Virus record (IMG/VR): IMGVR_UViG_3300037454_000542
Coordinates: 27,095 to 91,094 of that record
Source: a virus
Lineage: Duplodnaviria > Caudoviricetes
DNA length: 64,000 nucleotides
Reading direction: 5' to 3' (one strand)
Shown here one piece after another: positions 19,588 to 30,374 of the stretch. Both the position numbers and the translations under genes were made by a program. Each line of letters begins with the position of its first letter. Position 1 is the first letter of the stretch. The notes beneath the pieces were generated by a model, which was given only the letters and a program-made list of their open reading frames with translations, was not told the DNA's origin and did no database searches.

Positions 19588-20178
19588 TCAGTTTAGTTCC
19601 TGTAATTTACATCCAAGAGCCTCCTCAAAAGCTTTTATCGCTCTGAGTGAATCAAGAACACCGTTCTCGATGTACGCATTAAGCGCCACAATCAGATTGA
19701 GCTTAGCGCCATCGGACATCAGCGAAACCGCTTCTTTAATCTGAGCGGGGGTCATAGAGCAAAGTGATTCATAGTCCGACGGATCTATATAGTGCTTGTA
19801 ATACTGTGTGATATACAACTGCTTATAGATGTCAGCGGGCTTAAAGTCTTCTGCTGTTTCGTCCGCAAATCCAAGGGGGAGAAGCCACTGCTCCTTGAAG
19901 AAATCGATGCACTCCGTTTTGATGTTGCGCAGCGTGCTCATAGTGACCTGCTGCACTTCACCGCAGTTATCCCAGACAATCATTTCGCCGTTTCTGCGGC
20001 TTTTGAAAGTAAGGATGCCGAAAACGTTGCTACGCACGTTAATCAGCGCTGAATCCGGAATCGTGTTCTTGTTGTCCTTGGTTGTGTCGTCCAAATCAAT
20101 CTTGCTAAAAGTGCCCTCGGTCAGAACACCAGCCATATCGACAGCCTTCGATGTTTTTCTAGGTTTTGCATTTGCCAT
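19588..20178 (-). CDS. Hypothetical protein downstream of major capsid
   Basis: 196 aa, RBS AAAGGAG, C-terminal LDSLRAIKAFEEALG. Confidence 0.6.
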   Translation of the reverse strand: MANAKPRKTSKAVDMAGVLTEGTFSKIDLDDTTKDNKNTIPDSALINVRSNVFGILTFKSRRNGEMIVWDNCGEVQQVTMSTLRNIKTECIDFFKEQWLLPLGFADETAEDFKPADIYKQLYITQYYKHYIDPSDYESLCSMTPAQIKEAVSLMSDGAKLNLIVALNAYIENGVLDSLRAIKAFEEALGCKLQELN

Positions 20179-20200
20179 AATAATCTCCTTTTATACCGTG

Positions 20201-20231
20201 TGAAGGGGCGTTATTTCTAACGCCCCACACA
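20201..20231 (-). terminator. Hairpin downstream of major capsid gene
   Basis: GGGGCGTTA-TTTC-TAACGCCCC inverted repeat. Confidence 0.5.
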
Positions 20232-20271
20232 AATAAATCCTACTAAATCATACATTCAAACAAAAACGCTA

Positions 20272-21279
20272 TTAAGCAAGCGGCACCGCGGACACGCCCA
20301 TCTTCTGAGCAACGATAGCGCCCACGCCGAGCTTCTGAATGTACACATACTCTTGAGTCAGGTCAGCGTTCTCGCCAGCGCTGTGCTCAAACAGCATGCC
20401 GTCGCCTTCGTTGACAACCTTAATCGGTTTGTCATCGCCAGCAATGACAAAGATTTTGCCATCGGTGTACGCGAAGGTATCGGTTCCGGGCTTATGGCTC
20501 TGAGCCAGGCGATAGCAAGGCGTGCCATTGAAGTTGCCGTAGTAGCCGAGTTTGTACATGTCATCTTTGTAGAGCTCGCCAGAGATAGCAACTTTCAGGC
20601 CGCGCAGAGCGCCTTTGGTGCCGTAAATCTTGGCGGGTTTGCCGGTAGCGGCTTCCACATGCTCAATCATCGTAACGACCTGAGCTTCGGTAGGAGTACC
20701 GCTCAGAACGTAAACGGCGCTCAGACCATCGGTAGAAGCGCTGATAGCTTCAATGGCAGCCCAAGCGGCGTTCGCAATGTAAGACTTGAACGCATTGCCT
20801 ACGCCCTCAACGAACTTATCGAAGTCGATGCGGCCGGCCATGAGTCTCTCAAGGTCTTCGTAAACGCGGATGATTTTAGCTTCGGTAGGAACGGACACGG
20901 TCGTGCCGCCAACGATGCGCTGACGACGGACTTTCTGGATACCATTCGCAACGGAAGCCACGACAAAGTTCGCATTGTCCTCAACATAGAACTCGGCAGC
21001 GTCGCCGTCTTTGATGTTTCGGTATTCAACGATGTCGCTGAACAGGGGATTCGCGTCGGTCTTAATGCCTTCCTCGATAATCACGGGGATAAGCTCTTCG
21101 ACGAGTTCGAACAGAGCATTGCCGCGATAGAAGGTCTTCGGGTTAATCTTTTTGGAACCACCATTCAGGTCGATAAAAGCCTGTACGAGTTCATCGGAAG
21201 TCTGCTTGGCGGAAAATTTACCATCGGTTCTGCCGCGCACTGCGTCGATGGCAACACTAAGAATTTCATTTCTTTCCAT
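20272..21279 (-). CDS. Major capsid protein
   Basis: About 335 aa from MERNEIL (21279, RBS GAGAGGAG); follows scaffold and decoration genes; codon usage suggests high expression. Confidence 0.8.
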   Translation of the reverse strand: MERNEILSVAIDAVRGRTDGKFSAKQTSDELVQAFIDLNGGSKKINPKTFYRGNALFELVEELIPVIIEEGIKTDANPLFSDIVEYRNIKDGDAAEFYVEDNANFVVASVANGIQKVRRQRIVGGTTVSVPTEAKIIRVYEDLERLMAGRIDFDKFVEGVGNAFKSYIANAAWAAIEAISASTDGLSAVYVLSGTPTEAQVVTMIEHVEAATGKPAKIYGTKGALRGLKVAISGELYKDDMYKLGYYGNFNGTPCYRLAQSHKPGTDTFAYTDGKIFVIAGDDKPIKVVNEGDGMLFEHSAGENADLTQEYVYIQKLGVGAIVAQKMGVSAVPLA

Positions 21280-21305
21280 AGTATTATTCTCCTCTCTGGG
21301 TGCGA

Positions 21306-21803
21306 TTAGGATACGCGCACGACGTACCAAGTAACCGGGCCCTGAACCTCGATGGCTTCAAGGTCGCCAATCTTGGTGGAGCCGGAGGTAACGGAATCGA
21401 CAGCCTTCAGCTTGGTGCCAGCCTGAAGCTCGAATACCGTAGTACCAACGGTGTAGGTGTAGTTATCGGCAGCGGTAATAGCGTCAGCCGTAATGGCAAA
21501 CACGTCGCCTTTAACAAGGATATAGCCTCTCGCGATGGTACCAACTTTGTTGGTGAAGTCGCCGAGCGAATTGTACTTTTTGTCTTTAATGACCTCGGGG
21601 GTGCCGATAATAGCGATGTCGCCAAGAACGTCATTAACAGCAGGAGTGCTGTACTCGCGAACTTCGCGCTCGCCAGTTTTGAGGGCGCCCCACTTAACGA
21701 CGTTGCCGTTGTCAAGGTCATTGGATGCGACTTTCAGACTGACAAGATACTTGCCATCATGAGTTCCTTCAAGGTTATCGGAACGGAACATACCATATGC
21801 CAT
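21306..21803 (-). CDS. Capsid decoration/head protein
   Basis: 165 aa between scaffold and MCP; DLDNGNVV and ARGYILVKGDVF motifs. Confidence 0.6.
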   Translation of the reverse strand: MAYGMFRSDNLEGTHDGKYLVSLKVASNDLDNGNVVKWGALKTGEREVREYSTPAVNDVLGDIAIIGTPEVIKDKKYNSLGDFTNKVGTIARGYILVKGDVFAITADAITAADNYTYTVGTTVFELQAGTKLKAVDSVTSGSTKIGDLEAIEVQGPVTWYVVRVS

Positions 21804-21838
21804 AGTGTATTTCTCCTTTTTTATTTTGATTTTTTGGT

Positions 21839-23314
21839 TTAGTGTAAACCGTATTGTTCGTGAAGCTTGTCACGAGGTGTCAAAGTGGCACTCACTGCAG
21901 GGCGAATTGGCACTGAAGGCTCAGCGCCCTTGTGCGACTTTTGGAACAGACCGTATTTGCCGCGAACGACGTAGCAGGCATTCTTCAGCGCTTCAACGCT
22001 TTCGTAAGCCATCTTGTTTGTGACAACGTTGTCATACTCTTCGTTGCCAGCAAGATCCGCAAACGATTCAAGAACCGCGTCATACGCGTTCTCTTTGTCC
22101 TGCTCTTCGCGCTGAGCTTTGTATTCAATAAGCTCTTCATAGTGCGCGCGGTCGGAATCAACTTTAGCCTTTTCATCTGCCGTCAGCCAGCATACGAACA
22201 TAGGCTCAAACGCGCCGGTAAGCGAAGCCACCTTTGCGGAGTCATCGTAAATGTACTCACAACGGAACTTCTCGCTTTTGCAGCCGTCAGGCGTATACGA
22301 GCAGCGTTCGACGTACACATACTTATCATCAAAGTCGCAGACATAGAAGTACGTATTTTCTGTATTAGGCATTGCGGCGTCTAACGCGCGTGCCATATCC
22401 ATGTACGTGAAGTGTACCTGCGGGGCTTCTTCGACGGTTTCGGCAACAGATTCGGGAGCGGCCTCTTCCTCGCTGAAATTTTCGCCATTAGATTCGGCAG
22501 CCTCCTGAGCGGAAAACTCGGGTTCGCCATTATTAACCACTTCCTCAGTAGCAACAGTCTCGGCCGTGTCAATAGCGTTATCAGTAAATTCTTCGGTCAT
22601 AATCTCTTCTCCCTCCTTTCCGTGATCTCTCATGAAATATGCGGAAAGGTCTTTCTTAAATTCATTCAGCAAGGTCATAAAGGTGTCGTCTGCCGCGAAC
22701 TCATAGTCCGCCGCAACCACCTTAGACTCAGGAAAGCAAGGCTCTGTATTGAACTCGGGGTTGTCCGACTTACCGAGCAAGCAGAGAGCAGAGTATGAAT
22801 AGCGCAACAGATTGGTGTAGTTCTTATCTTCGTCGAGCGGCGCATAATCCAGAACGTTGATTTCCATAGACTGACTGAACATCCAGTCTTCCTCGTAGAT
22901 TGCGTCAAGCAGCTCAGGGAAGCGCCCCGTCCAAAGCAGGCACTCGGCTACGATATAAGTCTTTACGTCGCCGTTCGGCTCTTCCAGGTCTTCGTAATGC
23001 ACGTTGTCTTGCAGCGGGACTACGCCGTAAGGAACGCACAGAGACTTGAAAACGTACTGGCCGTTCTTGTCTTTCTCGACTACACGATCATGTCCGCCCA
23101 TGTGGGCTTCGCCGTTCTCGTCGGTGTACAAATGTCCTATAATCGGTATATTGTACAAACTTTCAAGAGCTTCATCGGCTGCATCCTTAGAAATAAACGA
23201 AAAATTCCTGTTTTTTCCAAGCGCACACACATAAACGGCACATTTAGTAAACTCCTCATTGAGTTTCTCAAGGGGTTTTATCTTCGCGCTAAAAGTAACT
23301 TTCTTCTTTTCCAC
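21839..23314 (-). CDS. Prohead protease/scaffold protein (YonD-like)
   Basis: GKNRNFS, QSMEI, ALCLLG..EPCF motifs followed by an acidic coiled-coil scaffold region. Confidence 0.7.
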   Translation of the reverse strand: MEKKKVTFSAKIKPLEKLNEEFTKCAVYVCALGKNRNFSFISKDAADEALESLYNIPIIGHLYTDENGEAHMGGHDRVVEKDKNGQYVFKSLCVPYGVVPLQDNVHYEDLEEPNGDVKTYIVAECLLWTGRFPELLDAIYEEDWMFSQSMEINVLDYAPLDEDKNYTNLLRYSYSALCLLGKSDNPEFNTEPCFPESKVVAADYEFAADDTFMTLLNEFKKDLSAYFMRDHGKEGEEIMTEEFTDNAIDTAETVATEEVVNNGEPEFSAQEAAESNGENFSEEEAAPESVAETVEEAPQVHFTYMDMARALDAAMPNTENTYFYVCDFDDKYVYVERCSYTPDGCKSEKFRCEYIYDDSAKVASLTGAFEPMFVCWLTADEKAKVDSDRAHYEELIEYKAQREEQDKENAYDAVLESFADLAGNEEYDNVVTNKMAYESVEALKNACYVVRGKYGLFQKSHKGAEPSVPIRPAVSATLTPRDKLHEQYGLH

Positions 23315-23329
23315 ACTTTCCCTCCTTTC

Positions 23330-23572
23330 TCAGAATCTCAGCTTGTTTTCGATTACATACTTCTCAGTTGAAAAATGCTGCTGGAGAACAGCGCTTAACT
23401 CGGGAGTTGCATGAAATACAAAAACGTCACCTTCCTTGATGTATATAAAACCGGCATGTATCAGAAACTCGGATACATCCCGGTCAAATACTTTAACGAA
23501 ACCTTGGTGCGTACAATTATTCACTGCCTTCACCATCTCTCGTTCTTTCTCCTTCGTCAGACAAGTCATCAT
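23330..23572 (-). CDS. Small hypothetical protein
   Basis: ORF between portal and scaffold; true start uncertain. Confidence 0.45.
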   Translation of the reverse strand: MMTCLTKEKEREMVKAVNNCTHQGFVKVFDRDVSEFLIHAGFIYIKEGDVFVFHATPELSAVLQQHFSTEKYVIENKLRF

Positions 23573-25022
23573 CGCTGACTCTGGGCCGTCCGCGTTCGCC
23601 AGTGCCGGTGTCGCCGGACTGCGTAGAAGCGGTTTTCATCGGCGTAAACATATTGTCAATATCAAGAATCTCGTCTGCAACATAGTTTTCGCCCTGAATA
23701 TCGTGTTGCCTGATGTCCATAAGCGCAAGAAACTCAAGCTTGCCGATACCATAGTTCATTGCGCTGCGGTACTGGTCTATCTTCTCGCTGCGGTTGAAGC
23801 AAGATACATCGAGAAAATGGATCTTGAACTTCACGGTGCCGGAAATCAGCTTCAGGAATCTGTTGATGATGCTCTCGCCCTGATACATAAGCCCGAATGC
23901 AAACGCCTCGTCAGCATTCACGGCGAGCTTGGTCACGCCCGTAGTGTTGGACCTGTTAGATCCGTGCAGCGACGCGTTCGTGCCGGCTTCAGCGAAATAG
24001 TTTTCGCTAGCCCTGGCCACCGCATCAATCTGCGCGGCTGTCGCATTCTGCTCAAATGAAAACTCCTTGAGGTCGAACGGACTGATAGCCACTCCGACGC
24101 GGTCTCCGACATTTTGCGAAATGTGCTGATAGTAATCCATAGCCACATTGTAATCAAGCAGCGGTATTCCTTCGTCGTCAATTGGAACCTTGCCGGCTAA
24201 AAGCTTATAGTTAGACATCTCGCCGGATGTCTCGCTCTGCTCTTTGCTGTTCTCGATCTGGAACAGGGTGGGCATAGTCCCCGCGAACACAGGAATACTG
24301 TAGTCGATGATCGACGGATCAGCTTTGAAGCATATTGCAATTTCCGGAGGAACAAGCTGATATTTTTCGCCGGTTCTTTTATATTCTTTATACATATCTG
24401 TGAACGCCGGAGGATAGTATGTGGGAAGATCCCCCTCGTTTACTTGAGACATATCGTATTTGAATTGGAACACTCCGCCGTCAGTAATACTGACAATCGC
24501 GCAATAGTCCGGGTTTAGCTTCTGGAGAATAAAAGAATCTCCGTTGCCTCCCCAAACGCAACCGAAAAAGGCGCCTTCTCTCAGCGCCGTAACGACGATT
24601 GAACGCATTGTCCTCGCAACGCCCATAGACTCCAGAATATTACACACTCTATAATACTGCTTAGTAAAAGCCTCTTTCTTTACTTTTGCCGGATTATAAT
24701 TAACAGGCGAAATCGTATACAGCCAGCAAGGGACACTCGCGTAATAGTTGATAAGGTTGCGATAACGCGGGTTAATCTGGTAAAGATATACAGAACTTTC
24801 CCTTAATTGCTTTTCGCTAGTTGATGGAGAGCGCAGATATTCTTCTATCGTCTCCCGAGTGGGGGCGGAGTAGCTTCTATTTTTGCGTCTTGAAGTTTTA
24901 CCGTCAGGATCGTGCAGTTGCTGACTCGCCAACTTCTTTGCAAACATTATGGCTTGCTGTAATTTAGGAGACACTTCTTGGGCCTCCTCTTGTTCTGGTT
25001 TAATCTTAGCTGTACGTGCCAC
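23517..25022 (-). CDS. Portal protein
   Basis: 501 aa directly after TerL; C-terminal GRPR motif with acidic tail. Confidence 0.75.
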   Translation of the reverse strand: MARTAKIKPEQEEAQEVSPKLQQAIMFAKKLASQQLHDPDGKTSRRKNRSYSAPTRETIEEYLRSPSTSEKQLRESSVYLYQINPRYRNLINYYASVPCWLYTISPVNYNPAKVKKEAFTKQYYRVCNILESMGVARTMRSIVVTALREGAFFGCVWGGNGDSFILQKLNPDYCAIVSITDGGVFQFKYDMSQVNEGDLPTYYPPAFTDMYKEYKRTGEKYQLVPPEIAICFKADPSIIDYSIPVFAGTMPTLFQIENSKEQSETSGEMSNYKLLAGKVPIDDEGIPLLDYNVAMDYYQHISQNVGDRVGVAISPFDLKEFSFEQNATAAQIDAVARASENYFAEAGTNASLHGSNRSNTTGVTKLAVNADEAFAFGLMYQGESIINRFLKLISGTVKFKIHFLDVSCFNRSEKIDQYRSAMNYGIGKLEFLALMDIRQHDIQGENYVADEILDIDNMFTPMKTASTQSGDTGTGERGRPRVSDDDLSDEGERTRDGEGSE

Positions 25023-25043
25023 GCAATCACGCCCTCCTTTCCT

Positions 25044-26804
25044 TTATTGTCTTCGTTTAATATCGGGTTGCCTAAACTGAAAGACCAAGTCCTGCATGGT
25101 CTTTTTGGATCGTTTGGCAATATAATCTTTTTCTATTTGCTTTCCTATCTCGACCGAGTAGGAAAGAGAACTGTATCGGTCTTTACGCATTCCGGACTTT
25201 TCCTTAACACGCACTACTCCGTTATGGTCCTCGTATTGCAGAGAAACCAGCTCGTTAATCAGCAGCGTTGTGTTGATATAAGGCAATCTGAATCGCATCT
25301 TATCTTCGAGTGACAGTTTGTTATAGCCGGCAAGCCCAGATGCAATTTCGTCAAAGTCATCTTCATTGACTAATAGTTGTATCGTGCCTTGCTTTATGCT
25401 TTCTCGAAGCCCTAAAGCGCTGCGTGAGTTAAAGTCGGCGGTCGCAAGTATCGGATAAATAACCCTTGGCGCATTTTTCACCTGACACCGCTCTGCAATA
25501 TCGGGGTTGACCGATGACAACGCACCATAGACAACGCCTGTTTCAGGATCGTATATATCGCCCATAAGCGTATCCAGAACGCCAATACCCACGCCTCTTG
25601 AGTCAATTACAAGGGCATCGGCATCATACTCGTAAAAGAGTTGGCGTATTCGCAGAGCCTGCTCTTCCGTCCGATAACCCTCGTTGTTTTCGCCGTAGAT
25701 AATCTTGTTTACGCTTTTTCCGTTATCATTTAGCAATAATTGGTTGATAAAGATCGAAGTTGCGTCGTTATTACGCCCTTTACCGCTCTTCATCAACGCA
25801 ATATCGGCAGATAGTATGCGAACCTCGTTGTGCATCTTCGGAGGTATCTTTACTCGCTTATCAGATATTAGCCCGGAAACATTTGCAGGGTAGAAAGCGT
25901 ACTTTAACCTGCGGCAAGGTACTAGGTCTCCGTGTTCGTAAAGGCAGCCGTCCGCAGCGCCGGTGTAGAAAAGTGCTTCCATTTCCTGCTGGAAAGTTAT
26001 TTCGTTATACGACGAATCGGCCATTTCTTCCATAACGCGTTCGCGAGTAAGGAGATTTTCCTTGATAGCTATCTGATACGGCAAAGCACAGGCAAAATAC
26101 GGATAGTTGCCGCTTATCATCTGAGCGGACGTAGTTTTGGTTTCGTCATACGCCCAGTTGTCGCTGAAGTAGGCACTCGAAAGCAGAATGGTTTTATTCT
26201 CTTCCGTCGGATAGTGCATATATTCTGCTTTGCGCATATAACCCGGCTGCCGGTTAACGTTAAGGAATTTTCTTAAAACAGTATTGTATATATTTTGATC
26301 TACCTGCCTAAACTCATCTACAAGAAGCAAATGGCACCGCAAACCTCTTGCGTTGTCATTCGCGGTACAAACAACAATCGTAGAAGAGTTCCTGAACGTA
26401 ATGGTAGAGTTATACTGGTTCATCTGAATGTCGCTTATCTCTGTTTGAAGGATTGGCGAGTTGGGCATAAGGATATTTTTAACCTTGCCAATAACCTCGT
26501 TGCTCTGCTTCCGCGTCTTGGAAGCTACAACGATAATTGTGCCCGGATATAGGATACACCTGGCGACACAAAAAACAGCCGTTAAGAACGTCTTGCCGAG
26601 ACCGCGGCAAGTTATCAAGGTAGTCTTTGTGTTGTTATTCATAGCCCAAAGCAGGAACTTTTGAAATAAGCGCAGCCTTACATTGAGCGCATCCTCCACG
26701 AACCGATGAATATTGCTGCGCCAATACGCAACCCACTTCTGGAGCTTGGTATCAAAGTCAGCGCTCTTCATTCGGGTGTTCACCATCCTCACCGGCGTTA
26801 TCAA
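25044..26804 (-). CDS. terL: Terminase large subunit
   Basis: Walker A CRGLGKT, Walker B LLVDEF, LLSSA motif III; nuclease ILSADIA...KDRYSS. Confidence 0.92.
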   Translation of the reverse strand: MITPVRMVNTRMKSADFDTKLQKWVAYWRSNIHRFVEDALNVRLRLFQKFLLWAMNNNTKTTLITCRGLGKTFLTAVFCVARCILYPGTIIVVASKTRKQSNEVIGKVKNILMPNSPILQTEISDIQMNQYNSTITFRNSSTIVVCTANDNARGLRCHLLLVDEFRQVDQNIYNTVLRKFLNVNRQPGYMRKAEYMHYPTEENKTILLSSAYFSDNWAYDETKTTSAQMISGNYPYFACALPYQIAIKENLLTRERVMEEMADSSYNEITFQQEMEALFYTGAADGCLYEHGDLVPCRRLKYAFYPANVSGLISDKRVKIPPKMHNEVRILSADIALMKSGKGRNNDATSIFINQLLLNDNGKSVNKIIYGENNEGYRTEEQALRIRQLFYEYDADALVIDSRGVGIGVLDTLMGDIYDPETGVVYGALSSVNPDIAERCQVKNAPRVIYPILATADFNSRSALGLRESIKQGTIQLLVNEDDFDEIASGLAGYNKLSLEDKMRFRLPYINTTLLINELVSLQYEDHNGVVRVKEKSGMRKDRYSSLSYSVEIGKQIEKDYIAKRSKKTMQDLVFQFRQPDIKRRQ

Positions 26805-27900
26805 ACAACCCTTCGATGTCTTCTATACCGTCGCCATCTTTAGGAAGCTCCACGGTATACTTCGCCATTTCTTCGTCGTACGCGCGCTGGTAGTCATTCT
26901 TGATGTGCAGTGCTTTCGCGAGGTGCCCGAAGAAGAATGTTGAAATATACTTCCGAATGCCGTCAGGGTCTTTGAACTCCTCACTCGGTTCCGGGATCGG
27001 CTCTTCGTCTTCGATCCTCTTAATGAGTTGCCCGAGGCACATCTGCGTAGAACTGGAGTTCGCGGTTTCGCTCGCTTGACGCGGGGTCAGGTTGCAGTTT
27101 GCCATCAAGTCTGTCAGAGACTTCATTGAATCCGTGACCATCTTGCTGTTGCCTAGGGACTGAGCTCTACGCACATTCAACTGTGCAAGGCAAATAGCCT
27201 TTATCAGTTCTTCCTGGCTCTTGCTTTTTACCTCGACCTTGTTACACCAATCGGCATATTCACCTTCGAGGAACTCATACTCTCGAGGCTCCATACCGGT
27301 CGACCATCTTCTGACCATATCTTTGGTAACGACAAAAGGCTCTTCGTCGCCCATATCTATTTGTGAATCGTCAAGCGTCCTCACTATTTTGGATGCCTCA
27401 AATTCGTCGCGGACTGTGTCGAGGAATGTTTCGCCGCGCATACCGACCTGGCGCGTCGCCATCTTCGAGGGATATAGCGTAACTCTGGAAGAACCGTAAT
27501 GGACCTGGGCAAGCGTCATCGCTGAAGCGGCCTCGTCGTAGTACCAGTCAAATATCCGGCACAGATGCTTCAGGGCGTGCTCTTCATTGCCGCCGTAAAA
27601 CGAGGTCATATTCTCCATCAGAGCCTCGCAGCACGACTTGCAGAACGGCAGGTATCCGCCGTTTCCGCGCCACAACGGAGACTTGCTGCTCAGAAAATTG
27701 CCGCTTTGCCTTGAATATTCGTTGCCGCACATGCAGCATCTATATTTTTTAATATCGTCCGGGAGTGGCTTATACCTGATCTCCTGGGGCGTATAGTTTG
27801 GATTGACAAGAATCGGTCTGGCGTTGTCATTCCGCACCCTATCTTTCAGCGCCTTGGTGTCGTTCGGGGCACGCTCAGGCTTCGGCTGAACAATTGACAT
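26758..27900 (-). CDS. Zn-finger protein upstream of TerL (putative terminase small subunit)
   Basis: CxxC...CKSC N-terminal cluster; overlaps TerL start. Confidence 0.5.
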   Translation of the reverse strand: MSIVQPKPERAPNDTKALKDRVRNDNARPILVNPNYTPQEIRYKPLPDDIKKYRCCMCGNEYSRQSGNFLSSKSPLWRGNGGYLPFCKSCCEALMENMTSFYGGNEEHALKHLCRIFDWYYDEAASAMTLAQVHYGSSRVTLYPSKMATRQVGMRGETFLDTVRDEFEASKIVRTLDDSQIDMGDEEPFVVTKDMVRRWSTGMEPREYEFLEGEYADWCNKVEVKSKSQEELIKAICLAQLNVRRAQSLGNSKMVTDSMKSLTDLMANCNLTPRQASETANSSSTQMCLGQLIKRIEDEEPIPEPSEEFKDPDGIRKYISTFFFGHLAKALHIKNDYQRAYDEEMAKYTVELPKDGDGIEDIEGLFDNAGEDGEHPNEER

Positions 27901-27946
27901 ATAACCACTCCATCCTTTTATTCCATTAAATCTTTAACCTAAATGG

Positions 27947-28975
27947 TCAAACTTTGTTAAGATCCACCGCAGACCGTGCGCATATTTCTCCGTTTTCATC
28001 GAAAAATGCACCTATTTGTTCGTCTGCGTCAGAATCGTTGTATATTGAACACATTGCCGATGAACTCCAGCCAAGAATCTCCGTAATCACGGAGTCTGGT
28101 ATCCCGGCCTTCGCCAGCATCGTGCAATAGAAGTGTCTGTATAAATGCACATAATGTGCTATGCCAAATTTCTTTGACATCGTCTCCGACCACCCGTCAA
28201 CCGTGGACGTAGGCATTTGCTGCTCTGGATCGTCGTCACGTGGAAACAGCCATTCGGAACGAATGCCCAAGATTTCTCTCTGCCGCATCCAGGCATCAAA
28301 GAACGGCTTGAACGGTTTTGCCAGCACATAGCAGTTAAGCTGTTTGCCGTCTTTACCTCTCCCTTTGGTGCGTATTGGCGCAGACTTATAAAGCGCGCCG
28401 TTACAAACAAGGCGTGAATCGTCAAAGTCGCTGACCCTGAACCTGCAGAGCTCCGACTTGCGCCTGCCGCTATATGCGGCAAGAGCGAAGTAACAAGCTT
28501 TCTTGTAGTCTCCTTCTTCCAGAAGAACGTTGAGCATATGCTCGACTTCCTCTTTGGAAAGGACTGTCTTTTCGCGCACCGGAGTCTTCGGTGGGCTCTC
28601 GATCTTGCGCACAATGGACTTGAAATCCTTGATCTCGTCATCAAGTATGTTCTCTATGAAGTTGGACAGAGAACTGACGGCTGCTTTTACAGTCCGTAAT
28701 CTATTAGACGACCAGCCCCATTCATTGAGCGCGTGGTTCTGGAACCTCGCAAGCTCACGCTTGGTCAAATCTACAAAGTATTTGTTTGCCAGTTCATCTT
28801 CGCACCAGCAAAAGAATATCAGAAGGTCGGCTTTATAATTCTTGATAGTAGTATCTGCGCGCCCTACGCTCTTCAAATAATCTATGAAGTCGTTCAACAA
28901 CGCGGCGTTCTCTGGATTGATGTTCTCAATCTTTTCGGGCGTGGTAATGTTATTATAAACCGTTTTTCTCCCCAT
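27947..28975 (-). CDS. Tyrosine recombinase (XerC/D-like) in late operon
   Basis: SGRRKSEL (R), HLYRH (HxxR), LGW (H/W), IY (Tyr). Confidence 0.85.
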   Translation of the reverse strand: MGRKTVYNNITTPEKIENINPENAALLNDFIDYLKSVGRADTTIKNYKADLLIFFCWCEDELANKYFVDLTKRELARFQNHALNEWGWSSNRLRTVKAAVSSLSNFIENILDDEIKDFKSIVRKIESPPKTPVREKTVLSKEEVEHMLNVLLEEGDYKKACYFALAAYSGRRKSELCRFRVSDFDDSRLVCNGALYKSAPIRTKGRGKDGKQLNCYVLAKPFKPFFDAWMRQREILGIRSEWLFPRDDDPEQQMPTSTVDGWSETMSKKFGIAHYVHLYRHFYCTMLAKAGIPDSVITEILGWSSSAMCSIYNDSDADEQIGAFFDENGEICARSAVDLNKV

Positions 28976-29050
28976 TAGGCCGACCTCCTTTTATGCCGGA
29001 TTATCGCCGCAAGGTACAGCTTGGCTATACCCGGCGGCGAATATAGCCCG

Positions 29051-29332
29051 TTATTCACACGTACGGGATCTCTCAAATACTATCTTGGTGTGTCCGGGAA
29101 GCTCCATAGACCCGCCGTTAACCAAGTCGCCGATCTTGCGGGGGCCGTACGACTTCTTGCGGAATGTGCCAAACCCGTAGAAAGAAATCCTCTCCCCGTC
29201 ATCCATCTTGTCGAAGCACTCGTTGAGAAGCTCGAGGACGGTGTCGCACGCGTTCGCGGCAAAGATCTTGGTTGTGCCGTATTTTTCTGCATAAAGGTCT
29301 ACAAATTCTTTTCTTCCGATTCCGTTTTCCAT
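29051..29332 (-). CDS. hup: HU-family DNA-binding protein
   Basis: ISFYGFGTF...PRKIGDLVNGGSMELP HU signature. Confidence 0.85.
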   Translation of the reverse strand: MENGIGRKEFVDLYAEKYGTTKIFAANACDTVLELLNECFDKMDDGERISFYGFGTFRKKSYGPRKIGDLVNGGSMELPGHTKIVFERSRTCE

Positions 29333-29369
29333 AATTTAATCTCCTTTTTATTCCATTTATTCCGTTTTA

Positions 29370-30374
29370 TTAGTTCAAACAATGAAGCTTTGTCATTTCT
29401 GTAATCTCTTTACCGTCTTTATCTTGACAAATAAAGATGAACCCTTCCTTCTGGGAAGGAATAAGCCTGCCGTCTGCGTAGTGCAGCTTTGCAACATCGC
29501 AGCAACAACCCTGCTCATACAGCATAGTAGAACCTTCTTTGTACGATCCAACGCGGTGCGTATGAGCCATAACCATCGTCGAGAACGAATATCCTTCGTT
29601 TCTAAAGAAGTGAACTGCGCGGTCTGCGGTTTTCAGGATCGAACTCGAGTATGCAAGCGGGTGGCAGAATATCGTATCGCCAATTTGACAGAACCATGAG
29701 CGCGTGTATTCAATCTCAATATGAGGAAATATGTCTTTGATCGGCTCATAATGCGTCTTGGTGCCAGATTCTTTATCGTAATGATTGAACCCGTCCACCA
29801 TCAGAAGTTCGAGAGCGGTAGAAGGCATCAGTTCAAGCAGATCGCTGTCAAGGTTTTTGGCGAGGTACTGCTGGAAGCGTATATCGTGGTTTCCGTAGTT
29901 GACAATAACTTTGGCGGGGGAGAGGTATTTAATCAGATCGATCACATACTGCCGTCCCTCGATAAGCTCCTTCATCGGGCTCACCCTGTACGCTTTTGGA
30001 AACTTGGAAATCGCCTGGCAGTCCGTAATATCTCCGTTGAGCACGAGGATGTCGCACAGCCCGACATAACGAGAGAACGTCTCGATAGGGAGCTGGAACG
30101 GAACGTGCGTGTCACTTATACTTAATATCCTCGTGTGCGCTTGATCCGGCTTTAACTGACGTTTTGCATAGTTCATCCCCCTGCAGAACGCAGCATATTC
30201 CTTGCGCCATTTGCTTTCGCCATACGAAACACCGGCTTTTGCGTTGAGCAGGTTTGCGATTTCCTGGCAAGAAAGATCATATGCGGCCTTGTTCTGAAAG
30301 AGCCGCACAAAGTAGTCTTGGAATGTCTCGTGACTCTGCTGAGCTACAATCGGTTTGTCAGTCACGTTAAACAC
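29370..30374 (-). CDS. Calcineurin-like metallophosphoesterase
   Basis: SDTHVP, NGDITD, GNHD, AHTHR motifs. Confidence 0.85.
   Translation of the reverse strand: MFNVTDKPIVAQQSHETFQDYFVRLFQNKAAYDLSCQEIANLLNAKAGVSYGESKWRKEYAAFCRGMNYAKRQLKPDQAHTRILSISDTHVPFQLPIETFSRYVGLCDILVLNGDITDCQAISKFPKAYRVSPMKELIEGRQYVIDLIKYLSPAKVIVNYGNHDIRFQQYLAKNLDSDLLELMPSTALELLMVDGFNHYDKESGTKTHYEPIKDIFPHIEIEYTRSWFCQIGDTIFCHPLAYSSSILKTADRAVHFFRNEGYSFSTMVMAHTHRVGSYKEGSTMLYEQGCCCDVAKLHYADGRLIPSQKEGFIFICQDKDGKEITEMTKLHCLN

Noticed and set aside
20353-21309. Long antisense ORFs (318 aa opposite MCP; also 32604..33500, 5035..5805, 38089..38757)
   Set aside because: Shadow ORFs caused by codon bias of well-supported genes on the opposite strand.
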